A stretch of DNA of 63,841 nucleotides, counting the filler, from Reticulomyxa filosa (taxonomy: Eukaryota; Protista; Foraminifera), in assembly GCA_000512085.1 (NCBI GenBank). It is 17 parts of 17 records of this genome, joined end to end, with 100 filler letters (N's around TTAATTAATTAA, not from the genome) between each part and the next. Parts side by side here need not be neighbours in the genome. Positions count along the whole stretch, not along the records: positions 48,330 to 63,841 come from ASPP01008347.1; 16 more parts are not named here. One strand, given 5' to 3'. Shown one piece after another: positions 52,092 through 63,841 of this stretch (its first letter is position 1; every line of letters begins with the position of its first letter). Both the position numbers and the translations under genes were made by a program. Below the pieces are notes generated by a model. The model saw nothing but the letters and a program-made list of their open reading frames with translations, was not told the DNA's origin and searched no databases.

Positions 52092-52626
52092 CGCTAGACT
52101 TCAATCTCGTGAATGAAGCTGTTTTTAAGGTAAGAGCCCCACAGTCCAAATTACTAGAAAACTTACATTGGCTAACGTTGTAAATTTCTCCTTCATAAAT
52201 TCTTTAAGTTCAATTAAATAAAAAAATTTAAAACAAAGAATGAAAATATCATATAAATATTCTTGTCATAACAATTTATTTTATTGTTGTATAATAAATG
52301 CAAAAAAAATGTTTATTTACTTTGTTTAGCATTGGAAAAAAAGGTAGCGTCGAAGACTCCCGAAATTGGTTGCTCCCTATTGTTACCGAAACTACCAAAA
52401 TTTTTTTCCCCTTTAAAAATTTATATATCTCAATGTTGGCAACTGAAATGGATGACCTAAGCAATGCAACTGAAATTTTGATAAAAAATGTGAGCCTTTT
52501 CGACGATAATTCTCTCAGTTTTTGATACATTCTTTGACTTGTTTTTAGTTTCCACAAGTATAAAGAAAGATTTCTTGATTTGTTACTTTTTTCTTTTTGA
52601 CGTGCCAAAAAACGCTGTTGGTGAAA

Positions 52627-53903
52627 ATGGTTCAAAAGGAAGAAGAATGCTATTTTGAACATGAATGGATAATAAAAAATTGGCTTCGAAAAAGTGAAGT
52701 AAATAAAAAGGTGGGTTGGATTAACGAGTTTGACAAATTGATAGCACAATTTGGTTACTTTTCAATTTGTTATTTGTCTCAAAGTTACAAAATTGGAGTA
52801 TTTCCAGCCACAAATGCAATTGATCAAAAAATTGTACTATTTAATCACGAGCGTGATCATTCTGTGGAATGGTTTGGCTCCATTGATTTGGAGCCAGTGC
52901 GCTCTGCTCTTCGGGGACACGGCGGAACCATGTTGTGGATCAAGGACATATCCCCAGCAGAATTGAAAGATCTGGATTTGGAGCCAGAGGATTTGACGTG
53001 GACAAATGCTAGAAGACATGCATTGATTCGAGTTAACAGTCAATCTCAAAACATGTGCATGGTATTGAGTGAGAAGCAAATATCAGCCTGTAAATTGCCT
53101 CCGTTCCCGGTCATGTCAATTGCTTCCACACTTTTGTATCATAAAGATATTGGACTCGTTGCAGTGGGTCAATGTAACAAATGTGCAATTTTGAAGCCAA
53201 AATGCGATCCCACATCTGTCGCCGAATGGCAAATTAACACACGAACACAAGACCTCCATGCAAAGGTTAAATGCTCCCTCTGTCCTTTTCCATGTGTTCT
53301 CCCCTTCGCTGTCAAACAGTGCACAACACTCGTAAAATATATTGACTGCCACATAAACACTGCATTTTGCTATTGCGACAGTGCAAATTGAGCTGTGGAA
53401 TGATATATGAAATGAATCAAATATTGAGTGATGACTGCCCTTGTCGCCTTCTTACGCTCTGTGATGGAACCACAAATATGTACGATGTTGATATGAATAA
53501 ATGGACCAATTTGGAAAATAATAGCGTGTGTAAACATGGAGTCTATGCTTATATGCAGCAATGGCGCGGAAAAAACAATGACAATGTTCTCGTTATCAAC
53601 GGTGTTGGTAGCCAAGCTGTGAGTGAGTTTGACATGCACAAAAACGTGTGGAATCCCTTGCCAACGACAATTCATTGTCACTCCAACATTTGTAGTAAAG
53701 CTGATATGACCATTGACAAAGACAATGGAGTGGTCAAAATTATGAGCTTTTTTCATGCTGGTGGCACTTCAAAAAGAGGAAGAGTCGAAATTTTTGATCA
53801 CAGAGACTCCCACCACACCACTTGGAAATTGCTTGATGTTGAATCTTCACTTTTGACCACTATTTTTCCTTTTGACTTTGATGATTGCTACTTATTCTCT
53901 TAA
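52627..53903 (+). CDS. Divergent Kelch-like beta-propeller protein
   Basis: N-terminal WIIKNWLR..GWINEFDKLI motif typical of the expanded WD40/Kelch families. Blade ends MYDVDMNKWTNL, EFDMHKNVWNPLP and EIFDHRD..W. Intron at ~53270-53381. Confidence 0.55.
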
Positions 53904-54649
53904 GATTTTTTATTATTCTCAATTCATTTCGTTTATCCCTATTGTAAAAAACAGGATAATGCATATTTCCTTTGAAACATCTTTTGTTTATCAAAAAACT
54001 ATCAGAAATTTTTTTAAAATTGCTATTTATCAAAGCGAAGAAATTGAAAGTAGGAAATATTTTTAGAGCTTTTATGTTATTTTTATCTATACGTGGATAT
54101 AAACCAATGCAATGAACATAAAAATGGCCATCAATTTTGATATAATTCAAGTTATTAAAAAATGTCTTACGGAAGAGCAAGTACAAGAAGGGGGTTAAAC
54201 AAAAGACACATGATCCCAATTGTAAGTTTTATTGGATGTTGCCTAAATCAAGTCCTCCAAGAAACTTTTCCAATGAAGTTGTTATCTTCTATCATTTTTT
54301 TTTTGTTGACCTGAAAATGGTTGTGCATATAGCACTTTTGCAAGCACATTATTATATTGAAGATTTTCTACAGTGTTTTTTCTGCAAACACTACTGTCCC
54401 ATCACAATAACTTTATAATTTTTGAATGTGTCTCATAAATAATATTCTGAAAAACAATATCGCAAAAAAGAAGTAAGTAATATCAATAAGTAATGCTGCA
54501 ATGAAAGGGTTACAAAGCTTACACTAACATTTTTAAATATCGATCACAAAAATACACTAAAAAATAATTTCTTTATGTACTTGTTTCTATAGGTTCGTAC
54601 TTGTTTTCCGCTCCACGTAAGTTGAATTTTTCTCTTTGAAGGGAAACAA

Positions 54650-56604
54650 ATGGCAACAATGTCAGATGATGAAAAAACAATTGACGAAGAAATTAATCTA
54701 TTTGATTGGTACAATTCACAACAAGATAATGTTCAAGCAGTTTTGATCCAGACAGCAAATAGTACAGATGAAGCGTTTTTTGGGTTAGCGGGTTTAATGT
54801 TAAAAGGTAAAAGATATGACAAAACGCAACTTCCGATCTTACGAACATTTATAAAATCGCTGACATCACTCCTCCCAGAGAAAACAAATGGCCAAGTTAA
54901 AAAAGCGTTTTGAGCAACATGTAATTGGCACTTGTAAAGGGGAAGTGAGAGTGGAAAGCGTAAAGCGTGAAGCGAGGGGTGGGGCAAACACAAAAAAGAT
55001 CCTTAAAAAAAAGTGGTCGATGAGTTTCCATTTTCCTCAAACAGGCCAAAGAAGCAACTAAGACGAAGAAGTCGACAGCGTTGTCTCAAAAAGGGATAAA
55101 AGGACGTTCTCAAACGATGGCATCTCCGGAGGAAATAGCAGAACTTCGAACGAGCAAATCAGTGAGAAACACCCGCGACACGCGCAACCGCGCACCAAAA
55201 GCGAAAGAAGATTCCACAGCGCCGGCCGAGTCAAAGAAACAAAAGGGACAAAAAAAGGGGAACAATGCCAATAATAATAATAGCAATAACAACAACAGAC
55301 AGCACATGGAACGACCAAAGAGTGTGCGAGCAGGGACAACACGAAGTAAGTCACCCAATACAGATAAAAGGAGTAAATCTCCAAATGCAAAAGCGGAAGA
55401 GGCATTTCGTCACGAGCGCGCGAAGAATATGTCCTCGCCCGAGTTGTTATCCAATGCCACGAGAAACGATTCCAAATCGGCATCGTCGTCGACACTGTTG
55501 AGCCCAAAGGGCCTCCACCAAAGGAATTACTTTGACGAGGACGCCGAAGACGATGACGACAACAATGATGACAATGATAACAATGACAATAATAATGACA
55601 ATGACAATGACAATGATAATAACAATAACAATGAAAAATCAAGAAGCAAGCCAGGGAGCACGAAAGGGAAATGGAAACCTCCTTCGTGGGTCAATGTGCA
55701 GTTGGTGGATGACTCGAGCTTTTTGGACGAAAAAGAGGCGTATCGAGGAGACTTGTTGTGGAAGGACGCCGAACACCAGGAACAGTCGTACACGGGAAAG
55801 GGCAAGCGGTACAGCCCTTCGCCTGATCGCTCCAAATATGGCGACGCAGCCCAAATCCAGCGCAATCCGAGGGCCGAAAAAATTCGATCGAAAAGCACAG
55901 CCGATTTGAGGGCGTTGGCCCCAACCGATGAAAAGCCAAACTTTGCAATGATCGGTGGCGGTGGTGCTGGAAGCGTAGAGAGTTGGAATAGCAGTGGTGG
56001 AGGTACACTTGCATTTGTTATACATACACATACATATACTAGAAATAAACATAACACCATACTTGTGTTCCGTGTTTGCAGATGGCGCTGATATGGTGAT
56101 TTTATTGAATGGAGGCGGTGGTGCAAGCGGCGAAGAGAAAGACACTGGGGTGGTGGGTACTGGCGTGACGATGAGGAAAAAGAAGAAAATGCAACAGCGA
56201 CGGTGAATAATGACAATGATGGAACTGGTAATGAGCACAAGGATGTTGACAAAGTTACAAAAGATGAACCACCGAAAGAAGAACAAAAGGCATCTGATGA
56301 CAAACAACAACAATCGCAGCAAAATGGGGAAAGTGCAAAACCAGATGACAAAAGTTGGATCAAACATGACGCGTCAACTCACAAAGATCATACGCGCAGC
56401 CAATCTATGAGTGCCGTTGGGAAGCTCGATCTCAGTCGATTCCAACATTTGACAAAAATTAGTATCTCTTTAACAAACTCACAACGAGTTGTTTTGGAAG
56501 ACAAACGAGATCTCAGTTTATCCTTTCGTAAGCAAAAATCAAATGAATCTCAACAATCTGCAACTTTGCCTGCAAATCAAACTTCAGAAAAAGAAGGATC
56601 TTGA
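54650..56604 (+). CDS. Hypothetical low-complexity, largely disordered protein, multi-exon
   Basis: Consecutive + strand ORFs (54650, 55081, 56203) separated by plausible introns, with a D/N tract at 55540-55632. Confidence 0.55.
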
Positions 56605-57091
56605 ATCCACACTACTTTTTTTTAGAAAAATAAACTGCTTCTAAATTGCTAAGTAAATATATTCCTTTTTTCTTTTATGTTTTGTTAATAAATTGTGCTT
56701 TCTCTGGGTCATTGTCTTCGTGTTCGGGGTTATTAGCAAAGGAAAAGAAAGCTTCTTACAATTTTTTCTCCTCCTTTTTTTCTGTTGCGTAAAAAACTTG
56801 TTAATATATTCAAAATTGAATCTGTTGTTAATATACACGTATGAATCATTTTGCTATTAAGCATATCCCCTTACCAAGCTGTCCATACACATTTCAACAT
56901 TTTCAAATAATGCGAAGGATATTCGAATACTTTGGCTTTTCCTTGTTAATGTTCTGAAACTTTAATTTTGTTAAGCTCTTTTAGAGAGAAAGATCAGATA
57001 ATGAAAAACAACAAGTAATTTTTTTCAAAGTCTGTTCTGCAGTTGCCAAAAAGGTCAACTTTGTAAACAGGGTTTTTATTAAAAAAAACAA

Positions 57092-58421
57092 ATGGTCCGA
57101 ATTCACCATATTTCTTGTCAAACATTTTATTTATGCCTGTTTTCTCTCGCCAGGAGGTTGTCACGACGTATACTCTTGATTTGGAAATTGTTATTATTTT
57201 GTGGTTTGGTTCAGTTGTTGTTACTGGTTTGTTTTGGGACACACTGCTGTTAGCACTGCACAATCGCTCATATGTGATCTTCGATAACAGTATCACAACA
57301 AGTGCATTTCGATTGGCTCCAATTCAAAAAAACTCTGGTTTGGGGAATATATTGTCAATTTATTGGTATGGTCGGGCAATAGCATACTGGCAAGGAATGA
57401 ATTTTGAGTTAAAACACGCTCAATGGTTGGCATGGTCTCCAAAAGTGTCAAACACATTTTTGCAATATTTGCCAAGTTATGCATCATTTGAAGAGATGCA
57501 ATTGGATGAAATGATAGGTACAGACGAATACAATCAACTGAAAAAAAAATTAGAAAATCTTGAAATTGATTTAAATGCAGGAATAGAGACAAGGTATTCG
57601 CATGTCACATCACAATTAATGACATATTACAACAATCATTTTATGCAATTTATAATTGCCGATACACATGCAGCACTCCAACGACATTTTAAAGTAAAAC
57701 CAAACAATGGAGTGATATACAGAGAAAAGCTTGTCAAGTGAATTACATATATGTATATACGTATAAGCGTTTTAAGAAATAAACATTTTTAAAAATATAA
57801 TTCCACAAAAGTAAACATGATGTAGTAATTCACTTTCGATGTGGAGATATTTTACATCGTGGTCATGAATTGTACCACTTCTTGACCTTACAGTATTATA
57901 CTTATATTTTGGACTATATAATCAAGGAATACAATATCAGTGATGAAATAAGACTAGCAAAGATGAAAGTATTCATGCTATCACAAATCACGCAAGAAGG
58001 TGTCCACCTCCCAAGTGATGTTAAAAGCATTGAAAAATGCCAGCATTTGATTTGGATTTTTCGAGATGTCTTGAGTGAAAGATATCCTAATGTGTTTTTT
58101 GAAGTAATGAACAATGACATTGTCAATGATTTTGCAATGATGGTATACGCACCTCATCTTATTTGCAGTACTTCTTCTTTTTGTTTACACGCTGCTCTTG
58201 CCAACAAGGCGAAGCACGTCTTTTTGCCTGACATTGGACCTTGGACCTTTTTCACCCTTCACAAATCGCTATTTCTCAATACTTCTTTTTTACCCTCCAC
58301 GCATTTCGTTGTGGATGTTCAACAAAATGCATGGTCCATCAAGTCCACTGACGTGGTTCAGTTGCGTTGGAATCGTTCCCAAAAATTCGGCCTTCTTATG
58401 CAATTTCTCATCACGAATTGA
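57092..58421 (+). CDS. GT11-like alpha-1,2-fucosyltransferase, probable type II membrane protein
   Basis: SGLGNILSIYW (motif I), VVIHFRCGDI (HxRxGD), DFAMMVYAPHLICSTSSFCLHAA (motif III). Intron at ~57738-57811. Start uncertain. Confidence 0.65.
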
Positions 58422-58861
58422 CAACACATTGCAAAAAATCTTAAATCATCAATTTCTTAAAAGAATATTAAGGTGCATTGATACATGAAAATAGCACTTA
58501 TTTTTTAGATATAAAAGTAAAATTTGTGTTTAATTTCTTTCGTGTTCCTTTTTTTTAGCGAAAGATGTAGGTTACGCAGTCTTGAACTTAGTTAAAAATA
58601 CAAATAAAAACGTATAACTTGAGAGCCACTCGTTTTTGGAGTCATGAAACAAAGTTTTTATTTTTCAAACAAATCTGGGAAATTTTGTTGAAAATATTTA
58701 CCGAAGTGGTACATTTTCGTAAACTGTGTTATTATGATATCGAAAATACGAGTTAGATTTCAGATTTTTTTGTGTTTTTTAAAAAAGTTAAAATAAAGCA
58801 TGATGAAGCTTGGTTGTGCACAATTAAAAAACAACAATGAATGAAATGAAATCGGATTTGA

Positions 58862-61490
58862 TCAAGGAAGATTTCGAATATCTTCCCACAAATCGGGAAA
58901 TTCGACTTTGTAATTCTGCCCGCGGTATTCTTTAGGAAATTTCCACATAAGTGAATCATAACTCGATTTTTCGATGTCTCCGGCAGTCATTTGCACATGA
59001 TGATACAAAGTCTGTGGGAAAGGAGCGTCAAAATATCCGCGAAGACGAGTAATATAGCTACTGAAAGTACTTTCCTTGGTTCCAAAGAACAATCTCCCCA
59101 TACCACATATTGCCATTTCAATAGGGCCTTCCAACTTAGGGGGGATCTTCACATTTTTCGTAGACTCAAATTTCGCATTCGGTCCAAAAAAATCCCTCCA
59201 TCGATAAATTGGTCTGCCACTTTTGTAAAACACCTTATTTATTTATTTTTTTGTTTGTCTATTTTTTTTTCTCCTTTCTAAGTTTTTATAGTACATAAAA
59301 ATTGACTGTATAAAATTTTTTTTTTGCCAAAGGGGTATGGAAAAGAGGGAGAGTTTTGAAGTTAGTTGATATAAATAAACGTAAACACACTTGAAAGAAT
59401 AATTCGTCTGTTTCATCGGTGGCAATGTATAAAGATTCTTTGGGATCCAACAATGGAGAAATGAATCTGTATGTGTCTTTGGAGTCACAGAATACGTATT
59501 TGTATTGCAATTCATTGCGACGTATATGCAAACTCGTGAATTGAAACAACCCTATTTCCTTGACGACAAGCGAAGCGATTTCAAAGACCAAAGGAACCAA
59601 GTGCACATGATCTCGCAACACTTGTTTATATTTGCGATCGAGCGAGGCATCGGCAATGGCAATGGAGCGCGCAATTTGTCCCAAATAACGAAACGTGCTA
59701 TCATCACCAGCATATGCATCTCCTTTGCATGCAGGGAAATGCACCACCGGCTGTTCTTGCAAATACTGTGTATATTCACGTTTCTGGCGATCATCTATAA
59801 ACGCGTCATCAATATAACGATTCGTGACCGGTCCAGACTCCACTGTTTTGATATCCGGCCACATCAGTACATTCCCTATACTCTCAATTCAAACATTACA
59901 ATTCTGTTGTCCATGTCCTTAACGTCGCTGTTTTTCTCTTCCTCCCATCCACATGCAAATATATATGAATGCATAAATAATACATAATATATACATATAT
60001 ATTGTATATGTAAATGTACAAACCTAATTGTCCCCACGGCAATAAAACTTTCTTTTCTTTACCGTATTCGGTCAACCATTGTTCAAAACGTTGGGCTTTG
60101 GCAGGATCATTTTTCACGGCGCCGCAGCAAAAATCGACAGGAATATGGAGTCGGTCGATTTCTTTTTTGATGAACTCTTCGCTCGAGATAACCGGCAATG
60201 CCCGACGCATATCGTCTATGTCAAAGAAGTCGCCAAAGTCGGTTGTCTCTTGAAAATCGGGGTCATTGTCATCCGCGACGCCGCGTTTGATCGGACCAAA
60301 GTCTATCAAGTACCATCCCGTCCGCGGAGGCAACACCAGCGTTCGATTTGTTATCCACGCCACCATCACATGAAATTCGAAGCCTTGGCGAATGTTGTTA
60401 AACCCACCGCAGTCTTTAAGAAAGGTTACATATTTATCTGCAACCTTTTATATATGTATATATACACATATTTGTGTATTTATTGTTTGTTATATTTTTG
60501 ATTGGTTGAGTTGTCCCTGAGTCTGTACAAAGTCTACACAACTCATGAAAGGTAGGAAAAGTTTTGTGTGTTCACTAAGTAACTCAATTTTTTTTTTTGG
60601 TAAAAAAAAAAATTGCAAAAATGAAAAGAAGAACACTTGTGGGGGATTTTTTGCTGCTTTGATGCCTCGTTGCCAATATTTCATTTGCTTCAGAACGCAC
60701 TTGTGGTTATGGACATCGGACTCACATGGCAACGACCATCCGCTCGGATAGGCTCGTGCATGGGATTCATCATATCGTATTTGTCCCTTTTTTATTTGGT
60801 TTGCATCCTCTTTGACATCGTCATTGTCATTGTCATCACTATTGTCATTATTATTATTGTCATTATTATTATTATCATTATCATTATCATCGTTATTATT
60901 ATTATCATTGTTATTGTTATTATCATTGTCATTATCATTGTCATTATCATTGTCATTATCATTGTCATTATCATTGTCATTATCATTGTCATTGTTATTA
61001 TCATTATCGTTATTATTGTCACTGTCATTGTTGTCGCCGTTGTCGGCACTATCATCCTGATCTTTTATATTAATGGGTTTTTTTCAGCTATGGCCCCATT
61101 GGAGTCACTATTTTCGGATATTCCGTCCGATAGGTGCCAGTACTTGATCAAGAGTTCGTGCATTTGCTGATACGGCATGCGCGCGTTTATATCTTCGATA
61201 TACACTGGCTCCCATCCGGATTCTATTGAAAATTCCGGGGACAGGTATGTCTTCTTGTCACTCTTATCTTTGGTGAAGTGGTTTGGGTACGGATAGTTTG
61301 GCATCAAATCGTACACTGATTTTGGAAACTTCAGCGGCTCTTGTGCTCCATTCAAACTGGTGCCAAACGCAATCACCACCACTCCCACTACAAACCACAG
61401 AACTGACAACAGTCCGAGACACAAGAGGCAGGTGGGATGCACAAAGGACGAAAATATGGATGCTGAAGAACGATTTCTTCCACTAAACAT
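58862..61490 (-). CDS. GDP-fucose protein O-fucosyltransferase family, multi-exon
   Basis: N-terminal TM, then YVTFLKDCGGFNNIRQGFE..AWITNRTLVLPP, SLHIRRNELQY, LYIATDE, IEMAICGMGRLFFGTKESTFSSYITRLRGY. Confidence 0.85.
60815..61055 (-). repeat. (GAY AAY)n coding repeat giving an Asp/Asn tract in the O-fucosyltransferase stem
   Basis: Includes a run of CATTATCATTGT units on the + strand and is in frame with the downstream DVKEDANQ. Confidence 0.85.
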
Positions 61491-62053
61491 TTTTCGCGAG
61501 AAAAAATGAGAGGCAGGAAAAATGAAAATTAGATTGTTTTATGCCTCGATTTGAATTTGGGTCCCTTTTGACGCGTCTTTTTAAATCTCTAAAACAAATA
61601 TTACATAAATTTTTTCTATTTAAAAATTTACTGCATTCTGTACAAAAAAAACAAAACGAGAAAGTGCTTTTTTACAATTACTGCTACGACATCAAAACTG
61701 TAGAGTTTTAACATTAATTACTGGGATGTGTTTGGCATCTGCAATCGGAACAATTGATACAATGATAATTTTTTCTCTTCGTCCTAATCACTGATAATAG
61801 GAACTTTGGAAGAAACAGACACCAATTAAGAAGGACTTTACAAATCCTTTCGCGATTAGAAGTTAGAGACATGTCGAACATTGTTGTTATTGCTCACTGA
61901 TAGTAAAAAAAATTTTGTTGCAAACATGTATTGTGGCATTATAGCAAGCACGTTTTTTTTTTATCAACAGAAAATTTTCAATTTTTGTATAAGGTCCATG
62001 AACATGAGTTGTAAAAAAAAAGTGAAATATGAAAGTGCAGGAAATAAATGAAC

Positions 62054-62942
62054 CTAATAAGCGGCTCTATTGTCAACAATGGGAATGACAGAGAAAGGAG
62101 TGGTAACAATACAATATTGCATTTCCCATTTTCCGTCATCATTCAACATTTCCACATCGACTCTTGCTTCCCCCTTTTTGCCACGAATATTGTACACGAC
62201 TTGACTTCGTTCATGGCCATCATTGTCTTTGAAGTTCACATTGTGCATTACTTGTTGTGCGAATATATCACTGCCAATTGCACGGATCACCTTTTTTTTT
62301 TTGTTAAAAATTGCACAATTTTGCACTAAGAAAAAGAGAACAGGGGACAAGACGAAGCATCAAAAAAGAAAAAGAAAAAAACTCTTGGATCTTCTTGGAC
62401 TAAAGAAAAGGTCTCTCTTTGAATACGCTCTCCACCACCGCTACTGAACAGTGACTTCAGTAACATCCCAAAGGTGACAAAAGCGACCGAAGCCATTCCG
62501 AAAATGAATGCAAAACTGATAACTTCCTCCGTTTTCTTTTTAATTATTTAGATTTTTGCAATACAATAAAAAGCATATACATTTATATGTATGTGTGTAT
62601 GTATATGATCAATATGATGTGCATGTCTCCTTTGTTTATAATTATAAGTATATATGTGCAAATTTGGAATGGATTGTCTTGCTATGTTTAATGAACTTCT
62701 TTGACCACCACAAACGTACTTAGTGCGGTGTTTGGTTTGGAAGTGGAGACAATCTCTGTTCTGCCTTGGGAGGTCCCTTGGGTCTTTTTCCCGCTCGTAT
62801 TTGCGTCGGATGCACCTTTTTCATTTTTTCCACTTGCACTTCGTTTTGCAATGGTGTGTATATTTTGTCTTTGAAAGTAAGCGAGTGTGTTGCTGTAAGT
62901 CATTGGCGATTGTCTTAAACCACTTTTGCTCATGTTCGTCAT
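62054..62942 (-). CDS. TIM21: Tim21/Coa1-like mitochondrial inner-membrane protein
   Basis: Basic presequence-like N-terminus, TM FAFIFGMASVAFVTFGMLL, SLFS..TFSLVQEDPR|VIRAIG, then RSQVVYNIRGKKGEARVDVEM..GKWEMQYCIV. Start uncertain. Confidence 0.65.
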
Positions 62943-63841
62943 ATTTTTCACATTCCACCAATGACACTGCCCCACGAATTGCAAGTCACGTTTGTAGCCA
63001 TTTTTGCCATTTATTTTGCTACTCCTCAATATTTGTGTGACGTTTTTTTATTGCGTTTTCTTGTTTGGAAAGATGCCAAGGAAAAGATGCAAAGAAAAAG
63101 CCCACGACAACTGTTTTCTTTCAATAATCGAGCCAAATGAAAGGAGATGCGAAAGCAAACAAAACAAAAAACAAGAGAAAAAACCTGATGAAAGCTTTCA
63201 TGTTCCCAATAGCCGAAAAAAATACACCGAAAATTAGAGGAAAGCCCAATAGAATCTTAAAACTATCTGAACTTTTGTTTTTTATTTAAGGTCCTCGCGA
63301 ACACGTCTTATATAAGGAGATATTTTTAATAAATATTTTTATTACTGTTACGTAATATTACAACTTTGCAAGTAAGTGTTTTTTAGGGAAGAAGATTACT
63401 TATATGTGGATTGGCAGTTGTTATGGAATGAAAAAAAGGAGGCGATGATGAAAAAGGTACAGAAAATATGAAGAAGTTTGTAAATTTTGGAAATGATAGT
63501 GGAATAATGAACTGATAATTGAGCAACAATTGACTAATCATTGCTTAATTCAATCAAATGAAAGTGATATTGATTGAATTATAATGTCAACATAAAAGGA
63601 CGAAAGATAGTTATTAACGCTTTTTGTTTGCAAACTCTTTATTTTTTTTTAATAATATTTAAAAATGTAAAACTTCAGAGAAACGAAAAGATAGTAAAGG
63701 ATTGATTACACTGATATTAAAAAAACACTGTTTTGTCACATAGTTCACCAGGCCAGGAATGAGTGTTTTTTCTTCCATCATTTGATTTCTTTTTAAAAAA
63801 ATGGCAAGACAATTGTAACAGTCTTTTGAAGGAGCGGTCAT

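Noticed and set aside
60637-61170. Poly-Ile/Val and Ser-Leu 'membrane protein' ORFs
   Set aside because: Antisense and alternate frames of the Asp/Asn repeat in the O-fucosyltransferase gene. Similar shadow ORFs lie over spastin and 55058-56367.

Overview
This window is not one locus. It is 17 separate contigs of an AT-rich, intron-containing eukaryote joined by 16 artificial 100-nt linkers (44 N + TTAATTAATTAA + 44 N), so adjacency is only meaningful within a contig. The expanded WD40/Kelch families, D/N-rich tracts, intron style and many pseudogenes suggest the foraminiferan Reticulomyxa filosa or a relative (inference from remembered family signatures, no search run). Recognisable genes: a spastin-type AAA ATPase with FYVE-like, PDZ and MIT domains; a divergent histone H4 with a 3' stem-loop; a PDI fragment; two WD40 genes; a HYR-domain membrane protein; a DEP protein; Sfr1/Mei5-like; a LanC-like protein with a predicted signal peptide; COG2; UPF1-like; alpha-tubulin; a WW-motor-MyTH4 (class IV-type) myosin; two convergent fucosyltransferase-like genes; and Tim21-like. 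Degenerate remnants include GH79, Kelch, YHYH, CAP-Gly, WD40, Rab-like, LINE-like and USP-like sequences. The strongest unexplained structure is a ~129-bp tandem array (18091-~20090) with a conserved hairpin, a variable G-rich core and an A-B-C higher-order pattern; on the minus strand it also reads as exon/intron units. Other highlights are the FYVE-PDZ-MIT spastin, the H4 variant lacking the basic patch and K20, A-tailed self-complementary introns, and the putatively secreted LanCL. Many single-base frameshifts fall in homopolymers and may be sequencing errors.
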